Positions 1 to 12,952 are shown, counted from the stretch's first letter. The stretch: DNA of 64,000 nt from Amoeboaphelidium protococcarum X5 (GCA_023515725.1 JALDTO010000215.1:583053-647052); one strand, 5' to 3'. Program-made: numbers and translations. Notes: a model not told the origin generated them from the letters alone.

Positions 1-737
1 TTATACTCTTGATAGTCATGACGGTGATGTTCAGAATGTAAGCGTAGACTATCATTCACTGAGAATGCCAAATCATGATTGATATGAGCATTTACACCGA
101 GTAGCAAATGCTGAATAATAGATAGATGATCAGTTTGAGCATACTGAAACGCAGCACGCCAAGAACGCGGTACCTTGACGATATTTCCAGACTCTTGATC
201 GTATAGAGCATGACGATAGTAATCCGCAAAGTTTCCGATCAGCATTCTAACCCAAGTCTCATTCTTGAAACTGATTCCTTTCTAAGGCAGAGTGCCATCT
301 AAAGCCTTTAAAGCATTATTAGTGATGGCGACATACAATTGTGAGAAATAAGCTCTATTATCTTGCGCTCCGAGAAAGTACTTGTTAAGTTGGACCAGCA
401 TATCAAACGCCTTACCATCATCGTAGTTTACAGACTTGCCGACAATCTAACGTAGTTCTACTGATCTTCTGTACTTAGTTGGAGTCACATCATCTATCAT
501 CTCTATATCAACAAGATCAGTGTTATTAGCCTCCATCATTCTCAAAAGATTTTCCATGTATTGATCATCACCAGAGTTCTGATCATCATCCTGTAGCCAC
601 TCGTAATCTTGATCGGATACGTGATATTAATTCAAGTCAGACTAATCATGCAGCAGGATTTGGTCATAAGGTAAAGGAACCGCCAATGTTTGGAACACTA
701 TTACCACCGCAATTATTAAAGTATACATGAAATTCAT
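1..737 (-). CDS. Secreted DUF5995-like protein (3' end outside window)
   Basis: Code-6 ORF from ATG 737: signal peptide MNFMYTLIIAVVIVFQTLA, acidic linker, then DNRAYFSQLYVAIT...WVRMLIGNFADYY...PRSWRAAF...IIQHLLLGVNAHINHDLA, which matches the bacterial DUF5995 motif pattern as I recall it. Confidence 0.7.
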
Positions 738-1818
738 TTTAATGTTCGAAGTTCTTTGAATAAATAAGACGAACGTCATATCTCATTGAAACATGACGTC
801 AGCAAAAAGGTTCGTTTCGCTGCGTGATTATCGCCAAACTCGCCGTTCACTGAACCGAACAGCCGGATAAGCTCTCCACTCAAACCTGAACTTTAAAACA
901 TCATCATTATAAATATAATCAAAATTCTTATTAAATTAATATTACTGCTTAAAATTGTTTGTAAGTTCATCTAGAACAGTATCCCCAAGGTTCCAAACTG
1001 CACAGCAGTCCCAACGGATCATCACCCTCGTTTTAGACGTTTCTTCAACCACTTAGGTAGGAGTGGTATCCTTGAGGCATACTCAATCCTAGCACTCAAG
1101 CACGCATCAGAGAGTTCAAAGCTTTCGCCAATCCGTCCCCTATTTCAAAATAGGCACATTAAGTAGCAAACGCAGCTTAATGTCAAGCGTGTGAACCTTG
1201 AGCGTCGGTCAGAGAGAGTGTGAAGGCTCATAGACTGCAAAATGTAGCTCCTATACATGTGCACAAGAGTCACTTTAACAATCATGAGTTGACTTCTGCC
1301 CCACATCCAACAATGGCACATATACAAACTTTTAAACAATACGGAAGCTTCCATAAAGGATTACTATCATTCTCAACTTTAATCTACACAAACGAGAGAG
1401 GACGCACAGAAAACAAATAATATGGATGGCTTACCTGAAGAGCAGTTAGTTCATCTAGCGCGAGAACAGTACGCTTAATGATTACATACACATACATTGA
1501 GAGGTAATTACAGACATCGGGTGGAGAATAATTTCGTATTACATGGTTACAGACGGCTGAGACGTTGCTTTTTCACGGAGCGCAGTGATGTTGATCAAGG
1601 AGTGAATAGCAAACATTACGAGGAAAGAAAAAATCTCCTGATCCAATCTATCGGTTCGGGTTTGGGTTAGAGACCTTCTTTGTACAACACTATACTGCAC
1701 ATGAGTCAGTGGGATGGGCAAACGCTTGATTGTCTTAGGAAACACGCTCCTTTGCCACTGTTTCGGTTTCGATTAACACAACTCCTTAACGTCTTACTGT
1801 ATCTCAAAGAAAGTAAAG

Positions 1819-3115
1819 ATGAGCCAAAGTAACTATCGAACTATATCATATGTAGGCGGATTTGAAAAAGCGTGGAAAGGGACTGATGAAGAATAGAACG
1901 TTATAAGTAAATGCATTGTTGACTATAATAGAATTAATCTGATTGGCTGCATGACCGTTCAGTTCTATGCTTTATCGTACTTGTGTGGTGATAGCGGTCT
2001 GAAAAGAAGTCGGTCCTCACCAATGTTGGATTTAAAGGTGATACGCGATATATTTCATCTCTTCGTATACGGTCATAAACGTTAAAAGGAATCGGATGTT
2101 TCTAATGAAGTCTCTAAACTCCTACTTACAGTGTTCGACCAAAATTAATTCAAGAGTTTGCAGGTTGAATACCCATCTGGGAGCGATTTTAAGTATCTCT
2201 TCGCGTCTGCAGCAGATCGGTTTGGTGTTGCTTGTTAAAATCACATTATTAGTAATCTTAGGAAGACGTTGAAGAGAGTTGTGGCATATCATTTGAAGAT
2301 TGCTGGACTCGGCGCTGTATTCAGGCTCAATGATTTGGTAAATCTTGCGTCAAGACGTCTCAATAGGCTGGAGAAATTTGCTGGCAATGATGGAAGCTCT
2401 GATGAACTTCAAAAAGTAGTTAAAAAGAATCGTGAGTTTAATGCTGACAGTATTGCTATGTTGGACGATGTACTTTAGGAATATTTTGAGGAAGTGATGG
2501 ACATTAAGGGTTAGTTAGAAGCTGATTCGACGTTGGGAACAGTACAATATCCTCTTAGTGTATCAAAATTTAAGTTCAGCTGGTTTGTCTATCTCAGGCT
2601 CTTCTTAAAATGCATTCGTCAACTGGCGTGTGTACATTTGAGATATCCAAAGTTGCTTCCGTTCCCTGCCAAAAAGTTGCACATGGTGACATTTACTAAA
2701 AGTGGTTTGGATTGCCTTCTGTAGCAGAGTCAGTTTTAGAAGCTGTTACATATTCCAACGCTAACAACTAAGTATAATGCTACACTGACTTCATTTTCTA
2801 CGAACTTCAAAAAACTGTCGTTCAAATATGAATTTTAGAAAGATGTCACCTCCGAATTGATCTCTGCAAAATGCATCAGTGTTGTGCCTAATCTTAGTAG
2901 TCTTTAAATGGGCTATTGATAAAGATGACGACATAATTGGATGCATGCGAAGGAGATTTAGAATTTTGTCTGCGCTCAAAGATGCTTTTTTGATTTCAAG
3001 TATTATTAGTTGATCAAGACTTACTTTGGAACAGTACGTGGAAAAGAATTACGCATCACAGTTGATTCGGAATTGTTGTATGCCTGTTTTGATTTAGTGG
3101 AGAGAAGATAAGCAA
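1819..3115 (+). pseudogene. Fanzor1-like protein, N-terminal half (REC/WED); truncated before RuvC
   Basis: Code-6 ORF 1819-2919 (366 aa), with the same frame resuming after two TGAs. GGFEKAWKG...VQFYALSY, PMLDLKVIRDIFHLFVYG, QNHIISNLRKTLKRVV, YLRLFLKCIRQL...KLLPFPAKKLHMVTFTKSGLDCLL and RITVDSELLYACF align by eye, in order, with Fanzor1 N-terminal blocks. Confidence 0.55.
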
Positions 3116-3119
3116 TGAC

Positions 3120-3284
3120 AATTTGGCGCGTAAGCTGACACCAAGATATTGTGGTCCTTTTGAGGTTTTGTCTGTGATCAATCCTAATTCCTATGTAGTT
3201 AATTTGCCCCGTCAATTTAAACATCATCGCACCATTAACATCGAATACTTGAGGCTGTATCGTAATGGGGGAATCAGTCTATGA
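3120..3284 (+). mobile_element. Ty3/gypsy integrase C-terminal (GPY/F) fragment
   Basis: NLARKLTPRYCGPFEVLSVINPNSYVVNLPRQFKHHRTINIEYLRLY is the typical KLxPRYxGPF...YxLxLP...H module. Confidence 0.8.
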
Positions 3285-3838
3285 AGAGTTTAAGATTGGG
3301 CTAATCAAGTTGGACGTTTCTAGAGCGGTCCAGGCATTGGATCGCGAAAGCTGGACTGACTGATAGACTCAAGACTGCAAGCTCTGAATGTCTTCCATAG
3401 GACGCTAAATAAATCCGTGAAATGTGGGTGAAGCGAACAGCCGGTCATGTAAAACGGCTTCTAACAATAATGACCTTTCATTCCTATACTCGCTTTAACG
3501 CTTAAATTACATTGGCCTACACTCTGTCGATTCATCGTATGTTATTCGTTACACTTTCAATAGCGAATTGCGAGAATAGGTTTACTGTACTGTAGACCGT
3601 TCAACTTCCTCACTTCTACTAACAGGCACCATAAATAATGTCCATAATGGAGAATTAACACAGTTTCAGTCCATTGAAGCGTCTATGATCGCAGCAGACT
3701 TATCTGTCTCAGTTCGAACTAAAGCGCCGCGCTGTGTTTTCTTCCGTTCCAATCGCCGTCTCCGAATTCTTCTTTCACCAAGGACTATTCAATTTAACTC
3801 TTGGGATAATATTTATTCAACTTTGATTACTATATACC

Positions 3839-5157
3839 ATGCCTTTAGTAAGTTTACATTATATAAAATAAAGAACTTACTTTCTAGTTAATAATACTGA
3901 AATTTCATAATTGTGTAGGAGTATGCATTGCAGTCAAAAGCTGCGTTTGTTGATGCTGATCCTTTCAAGACGGTACCTGTGCAGTTCCAACTGCAGGCGC
4001 ATAAAGATATGGGCGTGAAGGAGGTTGGACAGCAGTTTGTGAGACTGGCACTTAAAGGAAAGTCTTATTCATTCAACATTATGGTGGTGGGTGAGAGTGG
4101 ACTTGGTAAGAGCACATTCATAAACACTCTATTCTCTACCGACCTCATTTAACAATAACAGATGAAGATTGTAAATAAAACTACTCAAATGGAAAATCAT
4201 GTATTTGAGTTGGAAGAGAATGGAGTTAAACTAAAGCTTGGATTAATTGATTGTCCTGGATTTGGAGATGGATTGAATAGAGATCAGGATCTGTAGCCTA
4301 TTGTAACTTATTTGGAGAAGTAGTTTGATATCTTTCATCAAAGAGAGTCGCAGGGCGTCTTCAGGTACAAGCCGAACGACAATCGAGTACATGTTCTGCT
4401 ATACTTTATCTCACCTCATTGCCACAGTATTAAAGAACTGGATTTCCATTGTCTGAAGGTGCTGTCCACGAAAGCTAATGTCATCCCCGTTATTGCCAAA
4501 GCAGATACTCTCACGGTTGAGGAGAGGTAGACTTTGAAGACTGTGATCATGGAGAAGTTGGACAAGTATGATATTAAAGTTTATCCAAAGTCTTTCTGTG
4601 ATGATCGCGATGAGATTAATGGATTTGAGGATTTGCTCCCCTTCGCCGTCATTGGAGCTAATCAGGTAGTCTAATCCAGTAATGGTAAGCAAGTCCGTGC
4701 TCGTAAATATAAATGGGGCGTAGTAGAAGTTGAGAATGAGACCAATTGTGATTTTGTTCAACTGAGAAAATTATTGCTGTCGAGCTGTCTGCATGATTTG
4801 ACAGAGACCACATCATCAGTGCACTATTTCAATTATAGAATGGGTAAGTTGAGAGCTCTCGGACGTCCAGTGTCTCTTTTAAAGTCTGACGAAGAGTTTG
4901 AAGATTAGATTATGGATACCAAGAAGCGTTATTAGATGGAAATGTCTAAGAAGGAGGAGGATATGAGGATGGCCTTCTTCTAGAAAGTCAAGGAGAAGGA
5001 GGCAGAGTTGAAAGCGAAGGAGGAGAGTATACTGAAGAAGGAGCGAGAGTTATTGGCCGAATTGGAGGCGGAGCGTAAGTAGCTGGACGCAGAAGAGAGG
5101 GAGATTGAGATGGCGGTACAGAGATAAGCTGCGGCATCTAAACGGAGTGGAAAATGA
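3839..5157 (+). CDS. Septin (1 intron, 3848-3918)
   Basis: FNIMVVGESGLGKSTFINTLF (G1), DCPGFGD (G3), IPVIAKAD (G4), RARKYKWG, ENETNCDF, C-terminal coiled coil; TGA at 5155. Confidence 0.95.
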
Positions 5158-5302
5158 TTGTATTTACCATGCTCTCTCGGCCGGTCGCTGGTGTGTATTT
5201 TATAAAAATGTGACTCTTGATAGGGAACAAGTTTTATTGTAATGTCGAAATGAATTTCTATTTCCTTCCACGCTTCACGCCTTAAAATATTCACTTACTA
5301 TA

Positions 5303-6617
5303 TCAACTCTGAAATAGAGGCCGCTCGATGCAATATTTAAGCACTTGACTAGGATTACCGCCAGTCATGAACATTATTCTACGAGTATCAACAGATCCAG
5401 CACCATCTGCAGGCAATAGATTAGTTCGCGTCAAGTGCTTAAGCATTGCTTGTAACTCTGTCAGGTCATAGTAGGGCACCTAGATTTACTCAAAATCAGA
5501 TCCAAGAGTCTATACTTGATCACTGTCTAATTTTCTAAGCATAAATCCAGTCGAAGCACCAATAAGCTAACCATTTTACAATTTTAAATCACCGCTGAAT
5601 ATACTGTGGATACTTGATAACAGAGTCAGCTGGTCACCTTTCAGCTTTAAGCCATTCTAATCAGAGTAACGCGTTAACTGATTAAGAGCATTCACACCAT
5701 CAACCAGAACCACGACTTTCTAATCAGACTCGACAGCCAACCTCTCCAATAGTTACTTGGTAAACATCCACGAATCTTTACCAGAATTCAAAAGAGCATC
5801 TCGTACCAGAGTGTCAGGACCAAAAGACTTGGAAGCTGACTTCCATTCCGTATTCAACTTCAATCCTTGTAATGATCGCTGATTAAGCTAAACAAAGTAT
5901 TGATTAAATTAATTCTAAAACTCGGGCTGATCCCAAAGCAAGGTATCTTCATTCAATTGATACGCATATGAGCCGTCCACAATCTTTTATAGATTTGAAA
6001 TATGAACCAAGATTGGCGGACGCGAAGCATTCAATTAGAGAGCATTCATAATCTATGCGAGCACAACACTCTTGCCACTATTAGACGGACCATGAAGAAT
6101 CACATTCTTAGCCTAGTTAATGACACGTTCCAATGCTCTTGCACCACACTACCTCCACAGGAAGCCGCTGCTCTTGGACGCTTCAATATAATTTCTAATA
6201 CCCGGATGCATGCCGAATAGATTCGCTGCCATTGACCACTGTGATGAGGATTTTGATTAATCACTTCTCCATCCACTCAAAGGACTCTGCGTACCAAGAG
6301 CGAATACCTGATTCAAAGACGCGTGATCCTAAATCGAATCTATATCCAGCTACTTTAAAGATACAGGATTCTATGGCAGATATATAGATTCGCGCGGTAA
6401 TTTAGGAATAGTCACCTCAACTTCCTACACACACTAATGATACATTTATTGTCATACTCGCTAATCGTAGTGATATCAAATACAAATGGGAGCGTACCTG
6501 CTTGAGTTGAGATCCTGACGCGTTCTGAGCCTTCTATTGGGCATTCCCGCTGGCACTTCGTATGATAGTTAGATGCTTCTAAGTGCCAATTTTATTCTAT
6601 GCTAATCTAATCATCAT
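5303..6617 (-). CDS. DAP3: Mitochondrial ribosomal protein mS29/DAP3 (Rsm23); intron 6425-6497
   Basis: Basic presequence, P-loop VILHGPSNSGKSVVLAQ, YAYQ...WDQP, C-terminal TGGNP. Confidence 0.75.
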
Positions 6618-6930
6618 GGCTATATAATTCACTGAAATACTGAATCGATATAAAATATACTCTGATGATGTTTAGCGAAATTAACGCAGATAAAAGCCTC
6701 GGGGAAGACTCGAATGAAGAATGCGCCGCGTTGATAAAGCTTTGTTTGAAAGAAATTTCTCACCGTCTTCTTTCTCTTCAGTTTTATCTTAGAGTTATAC
6801 TTCTCCAATATACAGTGAAGTAGTAATAGAACTATCCTGCACACCTGGACCTTGCTTTCACGTATTCTATATCAACTTGGGTTTACTTAATCGAAAATCT
6901 TAATTGATTCAGTATAGCGATCTCTGTATA

Positions 6931-8175
6931 ATGCTGTCGAGAGTATCTAGAGTAAATGTTCCGTTAGTGAAAGCTTCTACATTGTTGTTGTAATCAAGAG
7001 TATCATTCTCTAGTATTGCTGGCATAGACATGTCTGTTGGATTGAGTGAAGATGAGAAGGAGATTTAATAGTTGGCCTATGATTATGCTTAAAAGTCCCT
7101 ACTACCACACATGTAGGAGTGGGATGAGAAGGAAATATTCCCCGTGGATAAATTGAAAGAAATGGCTGAGTTGGGATTTGGTGGATTGTACGTGAGGGAA
7201 GATGTCGGTGGAATGCAACTGTCTCGCCTGTAGTCTAGTGTGGTATTCGAAGCTCTTAGTAGTGGCTGTGTAAGTACAACGGCGTACTTGAGTATTCATA
7301 ACATGGTCAATTGGATGGTGGATCAGTTTGGCAGTGATGAGTAGAGAGGGAGGTATTGCCAGCGACTATCCAACATGGACGTATTAGGATCTTACTGCTT
7401 GACTGAAAGCGGTGCCGGCTCTGATGCAGGCAATTTGTCCACTAGCGCAAAGTTGAGCGAGGATGGAAAGTATTACGTGGTCAATGGTTCAAAGGCTTTC
7501 ATCAGCGGGGCCGGTGATACGGATCTGTATATTGTGATGGCCAGGACTGGTGCTCCCGGTCCAAAGGGAATCAGTGCACTACTGCTTGAACGTGGAATGG
7601 ATGGGTTATAGTTTGGCAAGAAGGAGGCCAAGTTGGGATGGTCTTCGCAGCCTACCAGGGCCGTCATTATGGAGGATGTTAGAGTTCCTGTTGAGAATCG
7701 ACTAGGTGCAGAAGGTGAAGGATTCAAGATTGCAATGCGTGGTCTGAATGGAGGCAGGATCAATATTGCATCTTGCTCTCTTGGTGGTGCCTACGCGGCT
7801 CTGTAATAGACGGTGTAGTATGTTAAAGATAGGAAGCAGTTTGGCCAGGCACTATCCTCCTTCTAGGATGTATAATTCAAACTGGCCGATATGTCCACTA
7901 GATTGACAGCCAGCAGGGAAATGGTCAGACTGGCTGCACGTCAACTAGATGCCAATAGTCCAGCTGCACCATCATACTGCGCAATGGCCAAGTAGTTTGC
8001 CACCGAGGAGTGTTTTCATATTTGTGATTAGGCCCTGTAACTTCATGGCGGATATGGATATTTGAAAGACTACAAGGTGCAATAATACGTTAGAGATTTA
8101 CGTGTCCATAGAATCCTGGAGGGAACTAATGAGATTATGAAGTCGATCATTGCCAAAAGTTTGATTAGTGATTGA
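6931..8175 (+). CDS. ACAD8: Isobutyryl-CoA dehydrogenase (acyl-CoA dehydrogenase)
   Basis: [79 protein letters not shown]. Confidence 0.92.
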
Positions 8176-8288
8176 ACTTCATGTATATACTTAGACTCTA
8201 TTTCTACTCTACCCAATGATATATTCGAGTAAAGTAAAGAGGTGATGTACTTGAGATTGTTCGTAACGATTTATAATCATTCATAATA

Positions 8289-8713
8289 TCATCCACATTT
8301 GCCAGTGGAGCAAGATGGACCATGTTGCATCACTTATTAGTCCCCACTAATTCCGCCCATTCGCTTACCACTACCACCGCCACTTGATCCACTATAATAA
8401 TCATCATCCTTCTTTCGCTTTGAAGCACTATATTGATTATCATTTGGCTACATTTATCTCAATAAATTAATGTTTGACTTATCATTAACTCATATAATCA
8501 TTCATACCTTGTAAAAGTTGTACACAAAACTCATAAAGAATGCCAGTAAAGTTGTCAGAATATCTTTAATCTGCGTGAACACTTTGACATACCATGGTGC
8601 CTCTTCAACCACATCTCCGCCTACACTCTTTTACAATTATTATTAATATCATAGTGTCAGAGAGCGGATTTGATGAAAGAGTATTTATTACCTTTGGAAA
8701 TATACTTTTTCAT
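8289..8713 (-). CDS. Selenoprotein K-like small membrane protein (Cys form), 3 exons, 97 aa
   Basis: Exons 8713-8692, 8620-8508 and 8447-8289 join in frame: MKKYISKGGDVVEEAPW...TM helix...GGGSGKRMGGI...GPSCSTGKCG*. This parallels SelK (YIS..G.V....PW, TM, G-rich, RMG.I, C-terminal xUG). Confidence 0.7.
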
Positions 8714-8901
8714 TATTGCATACCAAACTAAAACGTTGTAGAACAAAAATATATTTGAACGATCGTCAGAAAGAGATCCTAGTATGATTTGACTTGCCAA
8801 AGATCTTCAATATCGTACACAGTAAAAGCGTGTGAAAGAAATCCAAACCGGAATAGAAAGTGACGTAAAGCATCAGTATAATAAAGTAAAAACAATAACA
8901 T

Positions 8902-10455
8902 TCATTTTTAAGATTACAAAATATTCAGCAAAGGTGATATTACATCCGGAACAGGTGATGTCTATCGCATCTGACTCCGTCGAAGTGATGAAGCGGATAG
9001 ACCACCAGCATTACTGTTCAACGCCGACTGAGCATGTTTAAGCATCACTTTACAATCAGTGAGTTCCCTCTGCAGATTCTAAATTTTGAGATAGCTTTCA
9101 TCATGGCCAGATTATAAATTCTAATTCTCCATTATCAGAGACTGCACACTCTGAGCCAGGGATTCGTGTTCACTCTTGTATCTCTTGTACAATTTCCGGT
9201 ATCGATGGGAATCTGCCAGGGAGTCCTTTAATCTTTATCCGAACGTGGCAACTTCTGAAGATCTCTGAGCACAAACGTGCTCCAAATTCTAAATCTTTGT
9301 CTGCAATTATTTAACCTCTTGCTATCTAGATAGAGACAGCTAATCTTGATCCTTGTTCCACTGCTTCACTTGTTATTCATAATTAGAATTTACCCGCAAC
9401 AATTGTTCATTATCATGCTTCAGATTCTTCATAGCAGTCTTATTAGATTCTAGTTCCTTCTGTAATGATACATTCTTCTATTTCAATTCTTCCAACTAAG
9501 ATTTTAGAAATTCAAAATTGAGAGATCTCTCCTTCAGCGATTGCCGTTCACTCTCCAAATGTATACGCTCAGCTTTTGCTTACTCCAACTAGTAAGCATA
9601 TTCCTTGTCAAATTTCAATTAATACTGTAGCATCTCATCTCTCAGACGCACCTAATAACTATCCTTCAATCGCTGAGCTTCCATGGCCTTTTCATGAGCT
9701 GCAGACATTTTACTCTTGTACTGCTCCTCTTCCAGCTTGGCCGCTCGTATAGCCCCCTCAAGCTCTCGTTATAAAGCAGAATCTTTTAACCTAAATTACT
9801 CCATCTCAAACAAGATCTCCTGCCTCTACTACTTCATCTCATCCTCCAAGATCTGACGGCCCAACTTTATCTCCTTATCAAGAACCTCCGATTTCTACAT
9901 CAAATCAATCTCTCTCTGTAGCACATCTTTAAACATTTCCTACTTCATAGCATGCAACTACTACTGATACTTGGCATGTGCAGCTTGCTCTATTAACGCC
10001 AACTGGTTCTCTCTAAAATCATCCATCTGCTACTGCAGTTATCGCTACATTTATTCATGACAATTAATTTTGAATCTTTACATGCGCTCCTCCATGCCTG
10101 CGACAGTCATTTTATAACTTTAATCTTTACGACTTTACTTGTTATTCTTGTTATTATTACTATGAATATGAGCATTATTCTTAGCCTGCTGTTAAGGTGA
10201 AACAGATAAAGGTCTAACGGAAGCAAAATCTTGATGATGGGAGTTATAAGAAGGATTTATATCAGCAGACATGGTATCAAATTGAGCTTAATCTTGAGCA
10301 TCACTATGCACTTATCCATCTTCAAATTTCCATCTAACAGAGTCTGTTAAATCATGCACAACCTTGTGCTTCAGTTCATCTCTCACTGAAAGAAAGTACT
10401 ATTTATCATTACCTCCTCGCAATGGACTTACACTCGCTATTCTAGACGGAGACAT
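8902..10455 (-). CDS. OFD1-like centriolar coiled-coil protein
   Basis: 517-aa code-6 ORF; MEERMQRFK...QMDDFRENQLALIEQAAHAKYQQQL...EMKQQRQEILFEMEQFRLKD resembles the first OFD1 coiled coil. Confidence 0.5.
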
Positions 10456-11386
10456 AATCTTTTAAATTTTACAGAGATAATCTTCAAAGGATGAGAAAAT
10501 TATTAGATAATAAAGTCTGTATAAATAATAAGCAGTGATGATTTTTATAGTCAATACTTTTTCACCCTGATCAGATATACGAAGAAAGAACCAAAACTAG
10601 TTTGGAGCGTTGAAACAAAGCAAACTCATTGAGGTTCAGTTGCTTTCATTTACGGCCATACATGGAGTGCGTCAGAGGCTCACCACTACATACACGTGGA
10701 TAATATTATAAAACTTGATGGGCAACGAGCAACTAAACGAGATCATGAGATAACTAAATGTTCAATCAAGATTATGACATTTTGTAGTCGAGTTTTTTAT
10801 CAGTGCAAGTAGAATCACACATTGAATGGATAGAAAGCTAACGCGGGCGAACATGAAACGAATTAACGTTAATATTGAACTCTTCTGAAACAGGAAAGGC
10901 GCTGTTTTAACAACGTTCCTTAATCATTCAATTTTCATAATTGAAAAATCGTCTTTGCGTATCTATTCACATTTTACAGAGACTGATGTTCCGAATTGGA
11001 AGGCATCAAAGAGTAACGACTTTTCTCGCAACAGCAATACAGAAGCCAAAAGTGGTTCAATCATGTGATTGGATTTGAGAAGTGCGCGAATAACTGTTGC
11101 CATTACTACTTGATACGTCTCAGCACAGTGCAATTCAGAACACTGTAAAAATACGCACTTATTGCTCGTTTTCTGATTGATAGGCTTAGACTGAAAAGAA
11201 AACGCCATCACGTTGGGAGTTTTTTGGTTAAATACACTTATCATTATTTTAACAATCAAAATACCTGAAGTAAAAGATCCATCAGTCTTAATGATTGAAA
11301 AAGGTAAACGAAAGAATACATTTGAGCCATGCAACTACAAATCGTATATGTTAATACTGTACTGAAAAGACTGAACATTAGAAATA

Positions 11387-12952
11387 TCAGTCCGAATCAA
11401 CCTCAATTATTTCCGTGATTTTGCCATCGACTTTCTCTGCCATTTCAAAGTCAATAATACGAACGCGCCCATTTCTATCAATGGTCAAATTAGGAAATCT
11501 GACATCTCCATGACGATAACCCAGAGCATTAATTTTATCAAGAGCCTCATAGACATCAGATTTACGCTCACTATACTACTCAGTAGTCATATATGATCCC
11601 ACATTTTCCAACACGATAACCAGCAGCATACTACACAATGTACCATAGGCGAAAAATTTCGGAATCACAGTGCCCTATAAAGACTCTAGAGCCTTATACA
11701 CTTCTACCTCATTATTGAACTATTCTAACGCGTCCGGTTTCTTTGACAAGTCCACAGTCTTGAAAATGACTCCTTGTTAATCTGCATAATTTCCTAAAGC
11801 AACCGCCCCATATCTACCGCGATAAATTATACTCGTCCAATGGCAGTAAGAATCCAGATTGACTGACTTGTAACTGATCACACGAGCTTTTCTGATGAGA
11901 GCCGGACTTACAACGGTGCTTCTATGTGGCGATGCATACATCCAATCATTAGCAGAGCGTTCAATCAGAGACAGCAAGTAGATCCATGCACCTACTAATG
12001 TGTACGGCTATCTCTGAGAACATTTGATGACCGGTGAACACTCCAACACTGATATCCCTTCCTGGTCAGGATCTTCAACTTTGCGGAAAAACACCGTCTC
12101 ATTAAATGTGGTGAGTACACCATAGCGGTGGCGATTTAAAGTCATGTAGACATAAATCTGCTCAACTGCTCGTATAATCTTACCTTTTTCGACCTTATCG
12201 GCCTCGTCGGTGCACTTTTACTTCTTAGTCTCAAAGTCTGCGTATTCTTAATTGTATCTCGAGATCAAATCAACAAGACTTTTAATCGCCCAAGGAGTCT
12301 TTAACTCCACTGTTAGTTTTGGAAGACCTTCATATCTATTGGTAACCCAAACCAGATCTGGGTCTCCCATTACTTTGGCGGCTGATTGAAATACAAATCC
12401 ACAGTTACTACCCAAATACGCGTAACCTTCAAAACAAGAGAGAGATCGACAACATTCACTAACAACTTCAAGTGGTCGTCTCAAGTAGTCTGATTAAACT
12501 TGAGCCTCACAGCTAATAAAATCCTGTTAAGCCAATGATATATTCATATCCAACTCTTAATCAGGTACCTGAGCCATAAAATCTACAACCCCTTAATCAA
12601 AGTCGGCCCAGACGCGTAAATCAAGCTGCGTGATATCAGGATACTTTTTGCTAACACTTGTTGTAGTTTATGGGCCACTTCTTTGAACTCCAAAACGACA
12701 TTATTTAAGAGTTACGTTGACACCATCGTAAATAGTCTGCAGCATCTTAATATTTGACTCGACGAGATACTGAAAAATGTCATGCCCATGCAAACTGTCT
12801 TTCTGTATCAGCTATTCCCTAGTTGAGAAATGCAAATCTTGATAAGCCAACTACTGCTTTTCTTCAAGCTCATTGATCAACTATTCTGGTTTAGGCTGCA
12901 GAGAGTTTAGATAATTTAAAAGGCCTATAATTTTTTTATTTATACTAGACAT
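11387..12952 (-). CDS. Crinkler-type REase-fold + protein kinase-like protein
   Basis: 521-aa ORF. Nuclease part: GDPDLVW...VELKTPW (PD-ExK) and AVEQIYVYMTLNRHRYGVLTTF. Kinase part: RGRYGAV, VIFK, NNEVEVYKAL, HGDVRFPN, IIDFEMA. Confidence 0.75.

Noticed and set aside
1422-1800. Decayed gag-like frame and a TGGTATC PBS-like word near 1064
   Set aside because: Multiple TGAs, no diagnostic motif, and the PBS match is too short.
851-3444. 15/16 direct repeat TGAASCGAACAGCCGG at 851-866 and 3429-3444 bracketing the Fanzor/gypsy patch
   Set aside because: Similarity does not extend on either side, so it cannot be called an LTR pair or TSD.
8958-10493. Long S/T/P-rich plus-strand frame with few TGAs (possible read-through gene)
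   Set aside because: It is the antisense of the intact minus-strand coiled-coil gene.
10963-11334. 123-aa minus ORF containing IKTDG (Fanzor-like word)
   Set aside because: No upstream ATG start and no other supporting motifs; probably chance.
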